64,000 nt of DNA from a bacterium (GCA_965249615.1 CBDFMI010000006.1:9933-73932); one strand, 5' to 3'. Counted from the stretch's first letter, positions 36,942 to 46,815 are shown. Translations and numbers: made by a program. Notes: a model not told the origin generated them from the letters alone.

Positions 36942-37708
36942 CTTGGCAAAAAGCCCTCCTGAGATTTTGGGCTGTCCTGAAAGAGCACCCAGCCCGCCTG
37001 GATGAGTTTTTGACCCTTTTGCAAGAGGCCTGAAAAGGGGGAATCGTTCAAGGCCTTCTTCTCAGAGTCCGAACTGGTGAGGGACAGGAGAGGGGAAAGG
37101 CTTTGGCAACGAATATAAATAGGGGCCCTTTGCACCACCTCCGGCCGCTCAACCACACCTCCGTAGCCGAAGAAAAGTGCCACCTCCGATTCGGTCTCGA
37201 AGTCAGTCATCCCATCTCCTATAAAAGCTGCCTCTCTCCGGTCTTCGACGTGCGCCCGGAGGATCTCTCTCTTGCCGCCCGCCCTCGCCGTAAGCGCCGT
37301 CCGGTCATAGCCCAACCACTCGCCCCCCTCAGTCCATTGAAGGGGGACGCCGAAGCTCCGCTCGGGCGGCACGCCCAGATGCTCGGCCAGCGGACGAATG
37401 GCCTGGGTGAAGCCGGCCGACACGATGTAGACGGCCTTCTTTAGGTGATGGAGCGCCCGGATCACCTGTGCGGCGTCCTCGACCAAGTGTTCAACATAGG
37501 CCCGGCCCAGCCGCTGGACAAGGTCCCGGTCCGGTCGGACTTGATCCAGGCGTTTCTCGAAGACCGCCTCCATGGGGACCTCACCCCGCATGGCCATCGA
37601 CGTAAGGGCGGCCACTTCCCGCCCAATGCCTCGCCATTCGGCCATCTGGACAATGCCCTCTATGGAAACCAGGGTGCTGTCGCAGTCAAAAAAAACTTTC
37701 CGGATCAC
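36938..37708 (-). CDS. HAD-family hydrolase, phosphoserine-phosphatase-like
   Basis: N-terminal FFDCDSTLV (DxDST motif) and later GDGMTD. Confidence 0.65.
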   Translation of the reverse strand: MIRKVFFDCDSTLVSIEGIVQMAEWRGIGREVAALTSMAMRGEVPMEAVFEKRLDQVRPDRDLVQRLGRAYVEHLVEDAAQVIRALHHLKKAVYIVSAGFTQAIRPLAEHLGVPPERSFGVPLQWTEGGEWLGYDRTALTARAGGKREILRAHVEDRREAAFIGDGMTDFETESEVALFFGYGGVVERPEVVQRAPIYIRCQSLSPLLSLTSSDSEKKALNDSPFSGLLQKGQKLIQAGWVLFQDSPKSQEGFLPR

Positions 37709-37795
37709 CCTCTGCTCCTTCAGAGAGAAAACGGCCTTCTGACGAGTCCCCTGCGAAACTCAGAACCCCGGGGATTGGACAAACAAAGGGTTTTT

Positions 37796-38632
37796 TCACC
37801 CCGCAATTTGCATTTTGATCTTCGTCTGTCTCGGGCAGCGAATCAAAGAGCTAAGAGAGATGTGATGAACGCCGGTGGCGGCGACCTTTCGAAGGTCCTG
37901 GTCGCCAACACCGGAGGCTTCAAGAATATGGGTCTGGCCGCATTGCTTGACGACTTCCCGCATCGTTTTTAGATCCATATTGTCGAGCATCAGATGTTTT
38001 AGTCGTCCGTCCTTGAACACTTCATTCACCTGATCCAGGGTTTCAACCTCGACCTCCACTTCCACCAAATGCATTTTGTCCTCGAAGGCGCGATCGATGG
38101 CCGTCTTGATTCCGCCAGATATCGCAATGTCCTCCTTTTTGATAACGACGCCGTCGAATCTCCCGAATCGGTGATTGTAGCCTCCACCGACACGCACTGC
38201 GTACTTCTCAAAGGTGCGCAGCCCGGGTGTCGTCTTCCTCGTATCAAGAAGCTTGCAGTCGAGACCCTCAAGCTCTTGGACCTTGCTGCGCGTGTGGGTG
38301 GCAATATCAGTGAGGTGGGCCAGCAGATTCAAGACCGTGCGCACACCGTTGACCAAAACCTGGTCGTTCACATCGAAGCGAAGCAGGGTGGCTCCGGCCT
38401 GAAACTGAAAACCCTCCTTTTCAAGACCCAGGACCTTGCAGGAATGGATGCCATGTGGAGCGAGCAAATCAAACGCCTCGGCGACAAGCCCGCCGCCGCA
38501 GAATACTCCACCACTCTCCGCAACAATTTTCGCCTTCACATAGTGAGGGCTGGCGCCCGCATTTATTTCCAAGGAACCCAAATCTTCCAGCAGGAACCTC
38601 TGAAGCTCCCGCCGGATATAAACTTTGTTCAC
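37796..38632 (-). CDS. nadC: nicotinate-nucleotide (quinolinate) pyrophosphorylase
   Basis: ...LLDTRKTTPGLR...KYAVRVGGGYNHRFGRFDGV.IK...MLDNM... Confidence 0.9.
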   Translation of the reverse strand: MNKVYIRRELQRFLLEDLGSLEINAGASPHYVKAKIVAESGGVFCGGGLVAEAFDLLAPHGIHSCKVLGLEKEGFQFQAGATLLRFDVNDQVLVNGVRTVLNLLAHLTDIATHTRSKVQELEGLDCKLLDTRKTTPGLRTFEKYAVRVGGGYNHRFGRFDGVVIKKEDIAISGGIKTAIDRAFEDKMHLVEVEVEVETLDQVNEVFKDGRLKHLMLDNMDLKTMREVVKQCGQTHILEASGVGDQDLRKVAATGVHHISLSSLIRCPRQTKIKMQIAG

Positions 38633-38776
38633 GCCAGCCTCCTCAGAACCCTAAAGGGGATACCCCGCAGCGGGAGCCAAAAAGCTCGCCTGTCGCAACA
38701 CACAGGCATCAGCGTCTCTGTCTCCTGGCGCAACAGAGCCCCTCTTACGCCACAGCGCAGAGCAGGAAGGGGTGCA

Positions 38777-39898
38777 TTATACGATTTGCAGCATGCGTTC
38801 AATTGGGATACGAGCACGTCTTGCGAGTTCCGGCTCAACGGTGACCTCGTGAACCAGATCCCGTAGCGAAAGATGAAGATTTCGAAGGGTGTTCTGTTTC
38901 ATATAAGCACAGACCGCCTCGCTGCTTGCCGGAATCAGGACCTTATCGGGGGCGGCCTTAGACATCGGATAGATATTCCCCACTTCAGTCGCTACGATCA
39001 CCACTCTCTGGGGAGATTTGTTCACAAATTTAACCATGCCCTGAGTCGAGCGGAATTGCATCATGTCTTCCGGCACAAGCCCGCTGCTGATTTGACGCAT
39101 GCAGGCGCTGGTACATCCGCATTCCGGGTGAATGAAAACGGCGGCCCCCGGATTCTCTCTCAGCCGCTGGTCAACATGGTGGGGACGGATGCGATCGTGC
39201 ACATGGCAGGCCCCCATCATCAGCCACAGCCTGTCGAGCGAATGGCCTCCCCTCTCCAAAAGTTTTGCCGCATAAAAGCCGAGATAGACATCGGGCAGAA
39301 AAAGGATGGGCTGGTGAGACGCGGTATTTTCCAGCACGTGTGTAATCATTTTTGCGGAATTGGCCGAGGCGCAACAGTAATCGCTCTCGGCTTTTACATC
39401 GACGTAGGTGTTCACGTAGCTGATCACAATTCCGTCGGGGTGATCACCTTTCCAGGCGCGAATCTTTTCGACATCGGCATGCGCCGCAAGCGAACAAAGG
39501 GCGCCCAAATCCGGGGCCAACACCCTCTGATGCGGTTTTTTCATAATGGCCAGGATCTGGTTCATAAAAAGGACTGCCGCCTCAACGAGGACATCGGCAT
39601 CAGAGGCTGTGCCCCGCTGTGCCAAGGAGAGGGTATCGCCGACAACATCCGCCGCATCCTGAACGTCGGACGACATATAATTGTGGGCCAGCACCAACGC
39701 GTTCCGTTCTTTTTTGAGACGCTTTATCTCCGCATGGAGCCAGCGTTTTTCGTCTTCCGGGATATTTTCGGAATGCGTTTCTGGAGGAATCTCGGGGACC
39801 TCAATGGGCGGAGCCAGATCGGTCTCGTCAATCATGGCAATGGCTTCGCGCGCCGGCAAAATATCCCCTGAAAGCACTTCTTGTGGTGTGCTGGACAT
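38777..39898 (-). CDS. nadA: quinolinate synthase
   Basis: ...ALVLAHNYMSSDVQDAADVVGDTLSLAQ...HPECGC... Adjacent to nadC. Confidence 0.9.
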   Translation of the reverse strand: MSSTPQEVLSGDILPAREAIAMIDETDLAPPIEVPEIPPETHSENIPEDEKRWLHAEIKRLKKERNALVLAHNYMSSDVQDAADVVGDTLSLAQRGTASDADVLVEAAVLFMNQILAIMKKPHQRVLAPDLGALCSLAAHADVEKIRAWKGDHPDGIVISYVNTYVDVKAESDYCCASANSAKMITHVLENTASHQPILFLPDVYLGFYAAKLLERGGHSLDRLWLMMGACHVHDRIRPHHVDQRLRENPGAAVFIHPECGCTSACMRQISSGLVPEDMMQFRSTQGMVKFVNKSPQRVVIVATEVGNIYPMSKAAPDKVLIPASSEAVCAYMKQNTLRNLHLSLRDLVHEVTVEPELARRARIPIERMLQIV

Positions 39899-40274
39899 GG
39901 CTCACCTTTTCTAAATGATCACTAATTTACAATATACACCAGGTCTGAAAGATTGCCCACCTGGGAGGTTTGCCCGCGATTCGCGCTCCGCCCGCATCTC
40001 GGGCCCTTCTCTGACCCCTCCTGCGAAGGCGTCCAGGCCGTCTGGGGACCCTATGATTCCCGGCGAGGTCAGGCTCACAGTGGCCGTCCATCGTTGAAAA
40101 CATCTGCGGAATCTGATCTCGCCAGGACCTCGACAAAACGCCTCGCCACGAGATTGCCCTTGACCCCGGACCCACTTTACCGATATCTCAGAGGGGACCC
40201 TGAGGGGTCGCCGTTGCCCGGTCAGACCCGACAGCGGTAAGAAGGCAGTCTCCCCTGCCGCAAAAGGAGCTGAA

Positions 40275-40745
40275 ATGGGCCGAAGATTTCCTTTCGGCGT
40301 GGGGAGGTACCCCTATCCGAAATCTCAGACAGCAATCTTTCTGGCGCTGATCCTGGTAAGCCTCTTTGGCTTAGGGGCCTGCGCTCTCATCCTAACGGGT
40401 GGCGCGGCGGGGACCGCGGCCGGCGCGAAATACTCCCTCGACAACGTCGCCCACAAAACCTTCAATGTGGACCTTCCCCGCTTAAAGGAGGCCACTCGCG
40501 AGGCCCTCATTGCCTTAGATCTCGAATCCTCGGGCCCGTTCAGCACGGAGGAGGGGGCGCGGATGGTGGCCACCACGGAGAAGCTCAATATCGAGATCGT
40601 GTTCGAGCGCATCAGCTCCCGGGCCACAAGGATGAGTGTTAACGCCAAGGCGGGCTTTTTCAAAAAGGATCGGGCGACGGCGGACGAGATCATCCGACAG
40701 ACAGACATCTACTTGGGAAATCAGTCCCACCTCGTAAGACCTTAG
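40275..40745 (+). CDS. DUF3568-like lipoprotein
   Basis: Lipobox LFGLGAC, a Gly/Ala-rich linker, then a small alpha/beta domain. Confidence 0.5.
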   Translation: MGRRFPFGVGRYPYPKSQTAIFLALILVSLFGLGACALILTGGAAGTAAGAKYSLDNVAHKTFNVDLPRLKEATREALIALDLESSGPFSTEEGARMVATTEKLNIEIVFERISSRATRMSVNAKAGFFKKDRATADEIIRQTDIYLGNQSHLVRP

Positions 40746-40789
40746 GCCTTGCCGCACCGCACACTACTTTCTGTCGCGAACTTGAACCG

Positions 40790-41688
40790 ATGCGCTGGAG
40801 AAACCAAAGAAGAGGGCATTCGGCCAGCGGCTTGACGTCCCGCCTGGCCAAAGTGCTCTTCCTCCTCTTCCTCTCGGGCTGCACCCTCAAGCAGATTGCC
40901 GTCCAGTCAACGGTCTCACTCCTAGACGACGCCTGGATGCCTTCAACGAGGAGGAGGATCCGGTCCTCGCGGAGACGGCGGCGGCGGCGAACCTGAAACT
41001 CCTGGAAGGTCTTATTCGGGCGGATCCGGAAAACGAGAAACTCCTCTTCATGGCCACCCGTGGCTTTGCAGGTTGCGCCTTTGCCTTCGTCGAGGAGGAG
41101 GAACCCGCCCGGGCAAGAAACCTCTATCGGCGGGGAAGGGATTACGGCCTAGAGCGCCTTTCAAGGCGAGCGGGCCTCGAAGTCGACCGAGCGGACCTGG
41201 AGTCCCTCCGGCAATCCCTTGAAAGGCTGGACCGGAAAGACGTCCCGGCCCTCTTCTGGACGGCCTCCAACTGGGGAAGTTGGGTGAATTTAAGTCTGGA
41301 CTCCCCGGAAGCCCTGGCCAGCCTGCCGCGGGTCGAGGCCCTCATGCGCCAGGTCGTTGAACTGGATGAGACCTACCAATATGGCGGGGCCCACCTCTTC
41401 TTTGGGACCTACTTCGGAGGAAGACCCCGTCTCCTTGGCGGAGACGTGGAGAAGGCCCGGTCCCACTTTGAACGGGCCATCGAGCTCGCCGAGGGAAAAT
41501 TTCTCGTGGCCTGGGTCCTCTACGCTCAATTTCACGCTGTCCCGACGCAGGACCGGCAGGCCTTTGAGAGTCTTCTCGGCCGCGTCCTCGATGCCCCTGC
41601 AGGGGTATTGCCGGAACAACGCCTGGCGAACACCATCGCCCGCGAGCGCGCGAAGCGCCTCCTCGACCGGGCGGATGAGCATTTTTAG
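40790..41688 (+). pseudogene. tatT: TRAP-transporter TatT-type TPR lipoprotein, one frame break near 40932
   Basis: ORF 1 has the lipobox LFLSGC and ...VSLLDDA. The next frame reads LDAFNEEEDPVLAETAAAANLKLLEGLIRADPENEKLLFMATRGFAG..., continuous with ORF 41050-41688. Confidence 0.7.
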
Positions 41689-41793
41689 GCCCTCCTAATC
41701 CCGCCGGATTGACCCAACGCAGAGTCCGCATAATAGGTTTCATCCGAGAAATGTCGAGAGTATCATTGGGGCTACCATAGAGAGGGGCGTCCC

Positions 41794-42831
41794 ATGGCGA
41801 AGATCTTACAATTTCTTCTTTTGGTCACCCTCCTTGCCCTCTTCCTTGGGCCGGCCCCTGGCTTGGCCGAAAGGGATGAGCCAGTCCAGGTGAAATTTGC
41901 CACCCTCGCCCCCGAGGGCACCACCTGGATGAAGGTGATGCGGGAATTGGCAAAGGAGGTCGAGGAGGAGAGCGGCGGAGAGCTGCACTTTCGCTTCTTT
42001 CCAGGGGGAGTCATGGGGGATGAGAAAGACGTGGTCCGGAAGATCCGGATCGGGCAGCTCCACAGCGCCGGGTTCTCGGGCGTGGGCCTGGGGGAAATCC
42101 TCCCAGAGGTGAGGATTCTTGAGCTTCCCTTCCTCTTCTTGCGCTACGAGGAAGCGGACTTTGTCCGGGACCGGATCGAGCCCCGCCTGAGGCGTGGGCT
42201 GGAAGAGAAGGGGTTTGTCCTCCTCGGGTGGGCGGAGGTGGGATTCGTCAACTTCTTCTCCAAGCACCCCATCCACCGGCGGGAGGATCTGGCAGGCCGC
42301 AAGATCTTCATGTGGGCGGGAGACCCCCTGGCGAAGGCCTACTTTGACGCCCTGGACCTCGCCCCCATCCCCCTCGGCGTCCCCGAGGTCTTGACTTCCC
42401 TTCAGACGGGTCTCGTCGACACCGTCTACACCTCCCCTCTTGCCGCCGTCGCCCTCCAGTGGTTCACCCGCGTGAACTACATGACGAGCCTTCCCGTCTC
42501 CAACGCCACCGGGGCCGTCCTCATGTCAAAGAAGGTGTTTGACGAGCTCTCTGAGGAGACCCAAATGCTCCTGATGAGCCGGGCAAGATATCATCTGGAT
42601 CGCCTGATTCGCCTCACCCGGGAAGAAAACGATCGGGCGGTCTTGGTCATTCAAAAGGAGGGGATCGAGCTCCTGCCCCTGCCCCCCCCTGAGGAACTGG
42701 AGGCCTTCCTGGACGTGGGACGTTCGACCTGGGACCGGCTGGCCGGAGACCTCTTTCCCAAAGACCTTCTGGAAGAAGTTCTGGACGCCCTGGCCGAGTA
42801 TCGGGCGAGTTCCCCCGGGCCCTCTCGGTGA
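41794..42831 (+). CDS. dctP: TRAP transporter substrate-binding protein
   Basis: Signal peptide, then ...VKFATLAPEGTTWMKVMRELAKEVEEESGGELHFRFFPGGVMGDE... Confidence 0.85.
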   Translation: MAKILQFLLLVTLLALFLGPAPGLAERDEPVQVKFATLAPEGTTWMKVMRELAKEVEEESGGELHFRFFPGGVMGDEKDVVRKIRIGQLHSAGFSGVGLGEILPEVRILELPFLFLRYEEADFVRDRIEPRLRRGLEEKGFVLLGWAEVGFVNFFSKHPIHRREDLAGRKIFMWAGDPLAKAYFDALDLAPIPLGVPEVLTSLQTGLVDTVYTSPLAAVALQWFTRVNYMTSLPVSNATGAVLMSKKVFDELSEETQMLLMSRARYHLDRLIRLTREENDRAVLVIQKEGIELLPLPPPEELEAFLDVGRSTWDRLAGDLFPKDLLEEVLDALAEYRASSPGPSR

Positions 42832-43322
42832 GACGCCTCCTCGCCTTTGAAAAAGCCCTTGGCCGCCTGGAAGGGTTCATCCTGGTGCTCTTCCTCGCGA
42901 CAATGGTGGGCCTCTCTTTTCTCCAGGTAATCCTTCGAAACTTCTTTGAGACCTCCCTGCCGAACGCCGACATCCTGCTGAGACACCTGGTTCTCTGGGT
43001 GGCCTTTTTGGGCGCCTCTCTGGCCACCCAGGGGGGCCGCCACATCCGAATCGACATCCTGCCGAAACTTCTAACGGGCCGCGGTCGGGCCGTCCTCGAG
43101 GTCATCGCCCGAGGGGGGGCGGCCGTCGTATCCGCCCTCCTCACGCGAGCTGCCTTTCGGCTCGTCCTGGTGGAGCGAGAGGCGGGGAGCATCCTCCTCG
43201 CCGGAGTGCCCACCTGGGTCTTTCAGGTCATCATCCCCATTGGCCTTCTGCTCATCACCTTTCGGTTTTCCCTTAGAACACTAGAGGGAGTCCTGGCGCT
43301 TCGGCGCCCGCGAGGCGAGTGA
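42828..43322 (+). CDS. dctQ: TRAP transporter small permease
   Basis: 164-aa four-TM protein between the P and M components. Confidence 0.8.
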   Translation: MRRLLAFEKALGRLEGFILVLFLATMVGLSFLQVILRNFFETSLPNADILLRHLVLWVAFLGASLATQGGRHIRIDILPKLLTGRGRAVLEVIARGGAAVVSALLTRAAFRLVLVEREAGSILLAGVPTWVFQVIIPIGLLLITFRFSLRTLEGVLALRRPRGE

Positions 43323-44584
43323 TGGGGGTCTTCCTCCTGGTGGTTTTGGCCCTCGCCGGGGCCCCCCTGTTCACCGTCATCGGCGGCGCTGCCCTCCTCG
43401 GTTTCCATGGGCTGTCCATTGACCCCGCGGCCGTCATGGTGGAGCTCTACCGGATGGCGAGCGCTCCGACCCTTCTCGCCATCCCCCTCTTCACCTTTGC
43501 CGGCTACCTCCTGGCCGAGAGCCAGGCCCCGCGGCGTCTCCTCGACCTCTCCCGGGCGCTTCTCGGCTGGCTCCCAGGAGGGGTGGCCGTAGTGAGCCTG
43601 GGCACCGCCGCCGTCTTCACGGCCTTTAGCGGCGCCTCCGGGATCACCATCGTGGCCCTCGGGGGACTCCTCCTCCCCATCCTCCTCAAGGAGGCATACT
43701 CCGAACGTTTTTCCCTGGGGCTCGTGACAACCTCGGGAAGCCTGGGGCTTCTCTTCCCGCCGAGCCTCCCCCTCATCCTCTACGGCCTCGTGGCGCAGAC
43801 CGACGTGAACCAGCTTTTCGTCGCGGGCATCCTGCCGGGGGTCCTTATCCTTTTCATCCTCTCGGCCTATTGCCTTCGGTCCGGCACCGCTCTCAGGCGG
43901 AGGCCCTTTTCGATCTGGGAGGCCGCGCGGGCGCTTCGGGCGGCCGGCTGGGAAGTCCCCCTCGCCCCCCTCGTCCTCGGCGGGATCTACGGCGGCTACT
44001 TCACCGTTACAGAGGCCGCAGCTGTCGCCGCCTTCTACCTCCTTGTGGTCGAAGTCTTTATCTACCGGGACCTCAGTTTTCGCCGCGACCTCCCCCGCGT
44101 CATGCGCGAGAGCATGATCCTGGTCGGGGGGATTCTTCTCATCCTGGGAATGGCCCTCGGGCTCACGAATTACCTCATCGACCAGGAGGTCCCCATGCGC
44201 ATCCTGGAGGTCATGAGGTCAACCCTGACAAACCGGGTCTTCTTCCTCCTTGCCCTCAACCTTTTTCTCCTGGTGGTGGGGTCCCTCATGGACATCTTCT
44301 CGGCCATCATCATCGTCGTCCCCCTCATCACCCCCATCGCCCGCGAATTCGGCGTCGATCCCGTCCACCTGGGGATCATCTTTCTCACGAACCTGGAGAT
44401 CGGCTATTTGACTCCCCCGGTGGGGTTGAACCTCTTCATCGCCGGCTTCAGGTTCAATCGGCCCATCACAGAGCTCTACCGGGCTTCTCTCCCCTTTCTC
44501 GGCCTCCTTCTCGTGGCCCTCCTCATCATTACCTTCTGGCCCGATTTGAGCCTCGTCCTGGTCCGCTGGATCTGGGGAAACTAA
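43319..44584 (+). CDS. dctM: TRAP transporter large permease
   Basis: 421-aa polytopic protein, DctM-like. Confidence 0.85.
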   Translation: MMGVFLLVVLALAGAPLFTVIGGAALLGFHGLSIDPAAVMVELYRMASAPTLLAIPLFTFAGYLLAESQAPRRLLDLSRALLGWLPGGVAVVSLGTAAVFTAFSGASGITIVALGGLLLPILLKEAYSERFSLGLVTTSGSLGLLFPPSLPLILYGLVAQTDVNQLFVAGILPGVLILFILSAYCLRSGTALRRRPFSIWEAARALRAAGWEVPLAPLVLGGIYGGYFTVTEAAAVAAFYLLVVEVFIYRDLSFRRDLPRVMRESMILVGGILLILGMALGLTNYLIDQEVPMRILEVMRSTLTNRVFFLLALNLFLLVVGSLMDIFSAIIIVVPLITPIAREFGVDPVHLGIIFLTNLEIGYLTPPVGLNLFIAGFRFNRPITELYRASLPFLGLLLVALLIITFWPDLSLVLVRWIWGN

Positions 44585-44661
44585 AAGATTTGAAAGGTGG
44601 ATAAAGGGCCAGGCATGATCAATGAGAGAGTCCCCCCGGTCATCTTCTGAGGAGAGGCATC

Positions 44662-45288
44662 ATGGACACCCTCCCTGCGGAAAGCGCGGCGTTCATTCGG
44701 GATCTACACCAAAGGCTTATTCGCAACGCGAGAGATCTGATCGGCGACGCCGTCTTTCTTTTCGAGAAAGGTTCTTTTCCCCGGGCGGCCTTTCTGGCCC
44801 TGTCAGCCATTGAGGAGGTGTCCAAGTTGAGCCGGCTTCGACGCCCCTTCCTCCTCCTGCGAAACCGCCAAGATCTGGATGCCGCACTCTCCGAAATCGA
44901 TGGCATCCTGACGGAGCTTCGGACGGTCCGAACCACGTCCCTGGAAGCCCCAAGGGTCGAGCGCGGCCAGGAGTGGCGGCACTCCCTTGACCCCCTCTCT
45001 CTCCTGGTCCACCTGCGGGGGCGGGAGGACCTGGCCGAGCGCAGGCGCTCCAGCCTCGAGGTGGACGCGGACCCCTCCCAAGGCCTGGTCTTCGACCCGG
45101 CTGAGCAGGTCCAAAGAGAGGAGGCCTATTACTTCATCTGGGTCGCCTTCGAGACTGTCGGCGAGTATGCCGAGAAGGCCTATCACCCTTTCCCTTTAAC
45201 GGACCCCTATGACCCAGAGAGTTTTGGACTTTGGAGGGAGTTGGTGAGGGGGCGAGCAGAGTTCGTGCAAAGGTACGCAGACCGTTGA
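44662..45288 (+). CDS. AbiV-family (HEPN-like) abortive-infection protein candidate
   Basis: The N-terminal helix pair ...RLIRNARDLIGDAVFLFEKGSFPRAAFLALSAIEEVSKL matches my recollection of the AbiV family pattern. An RGQEWRH (Rx5H) motif lies at aa 101-107. Confidence 0.45.
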   Translation: MDTLPAESAAFIRDLHQRLIRNARDLIGDAVFLFEKGSFPRAAFLALSAIEEVSKLSRLRRPFLLLRNRQDLDAALSEIDGILTELRTVRTTSLEAPRVERGQEWRHSLDPLSLLVHLRGREDLAERRRSSLEVDADPSQGLVFDPAEQVQREEAYYFIWVAFETVGEYAEKAYHPFPLTDPYDPESFGLWRELVRGRAEFVQRYADR

Positions 45289-45307
45289 GATACAGGGAGC
45301 GGTGGCG

Positions 45308-46495
45308 TCAACCCTGTCTAGAGGGCCTTTGATATTTTATGCCCCGCACACCGATGGTGCCGGGCTTCCCTTCCTTACCCTTGATGACAAACTCGACCGG
45401 GAGAATTTTCTCGGTGACCCAGATCTGCGTCAGAAGATGAGAGGTGATCCGGGAGGTCTTGAAGATCGTCTCTCCCTCGGCAAGGGCGGCGTAGAGGATG
45501 GCCTGGTCAGCCAGATAGGGGTCCAGGGCCGCTCCTGTCCCGTGGTGTGCCAGGAAGGCACTGGTGGCCTCGTCGGCCACCCGCTCGGCCGTCTTCCCCC
45601 GTTCTCCGATTGAACAAAAGCCGGCCACCGACCGCTCGTAGCGGGCGAGGAAGAATAGGCATGTGCCGGGACCCTTTGCCGGCGGGAAGAGGACCTGGAT
45701 CTCAGGCTCCCCGTCGAAATGGCCTTCCTGCCCATTTCGAGGCCCCTCTTCGGAGAGCGTGCCAACCGTCCCGCCAAGCCCTGAGCTGGGTCTCGCAAGG
45801 GCCTGGGCCTTTGCCTCCACCTGAAGGGGTGTGAGGGCGGCCCGAAGGCGCGTGAGAGAGCGGTGGCGCTGGCGCTTCGCGATGGAAGGGGAAAGGTTGG
45901 AGACGGCCGAAAACCCTTTGAGTTCAAGGAGCGCACCCCGCTCAGTCCACTGGACAGCCCTTAGACGTTCAACGGGCTCAACCCAGATCGCCGCCTTTCC
46001 GCCCCCCTGGGGATACCACCCCCACTGCTCCAGCGAGAGCTTTCCCTGAGCCCCGAACTCCGACACCATAGGCCAGAAGACCTCGCTGAGGTAGTGAAAG
46101 GGCGGACTCCAGGCCGTGTGGGTTCCTCCGTGAATAGAGACGGCGGACGGGGAATCGGCGAAGAGGAGAAGAGGGGCGATGCACTGAAAGATGAGGCCCG
46201 TCGCCCCGGCGCTCGTCTGCCCCGCTGCGACATCGAATCGGTAGCGGCCTCCTCGAATCTGTTGAGGCTGAAAGCCCACTTCTGTTGAGCCGAGCTCCGC
46301 CCCCTCGAGTCGCCCACCGCTAATGGCTTCCACCGCCCGGGTCGCGGCCAGGTGCTGGGCTCGAAGGCCGGGCCGTTTTCGGCTCTTGCGGACGTTGAAG
46401 ATCCACACGGACTCCCCCATGAGCGCCGAGAGGCACAGGGCCGTCCGCAGGATCTGACCCCCGCCCTCGCCTTGACCCCCATCAATCTCGATCAA
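45308..46495 (-). CDS. rtcA: RNA 3'-terminal phosphate cyclase
   Basis: MIEIDGGQGEGGGQILRTALCLSALMGESV...PGLRAQHL...GGTHTAWSPPFHY...DPYLADQ...TSHLLTQIWV. Confidence 0.85.
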   Translation of the reverse strand: MIEIDGGQGEGGGQILRTALCLSALMGESVWIFNVRKSRKRPGLRAQHLAATRAVEAISGGRLEGAELGSTEVGFQPQQIRGGRYRFDVAAGQTSAGATGLIFQCIAPLLLFADSPSAVSIHGGTHTAWSPPFHYLSEVFWPMVSEFGAQGKLSLEQWGWYPQGGGKAAIWVEPVERLRAVQWTERGALLELKGFSAVSNLSPSIAKRQRHRSLTRLRAALTPLQVEAKAQALARPSSGLGGTVGTLSEEGPRNGQEGHFDGEPEIQVLFPPAKGPGTCLFFLARYERSVAGFCSIGERGKTAERVADEATSAFLAHHGTGAALDPYLADQAILYAALAEGETIFKTSRITSHLLTQIWVTEKILPVEFVIKGKEGKPGTIGVRGIKYQRPSRQG

Positions 46496-46815
46496 GGATT
46501 TCTTCCTCTCGCTTAAGGAGACCCGAAACCCCCACCCCGAGAGGCCCAGGCACTCACGTTTTCCTTTTTCTTACAACTTTTTTACGGCCTTTCTTACAAC
46601 ATAGTTCCTGGACCTGTCGCTGGCAAAGGTTCCTTCACCAGACGGGGAGGGCAACGGGAAATTTGACTGTAACCTATTGAAAAATATCTACTTTTGTTCG
46701 AATCAGGGCGTTGCCCCTTGGACGTGTCGCGCCCCAGCTCCCTTTGGTAGGGCACCCCCTTGATGTGGGAAGTTTTTGAGCGCCGGTTTTCGTCTCAAAA
46801 AGCTTTTGATAAGGC

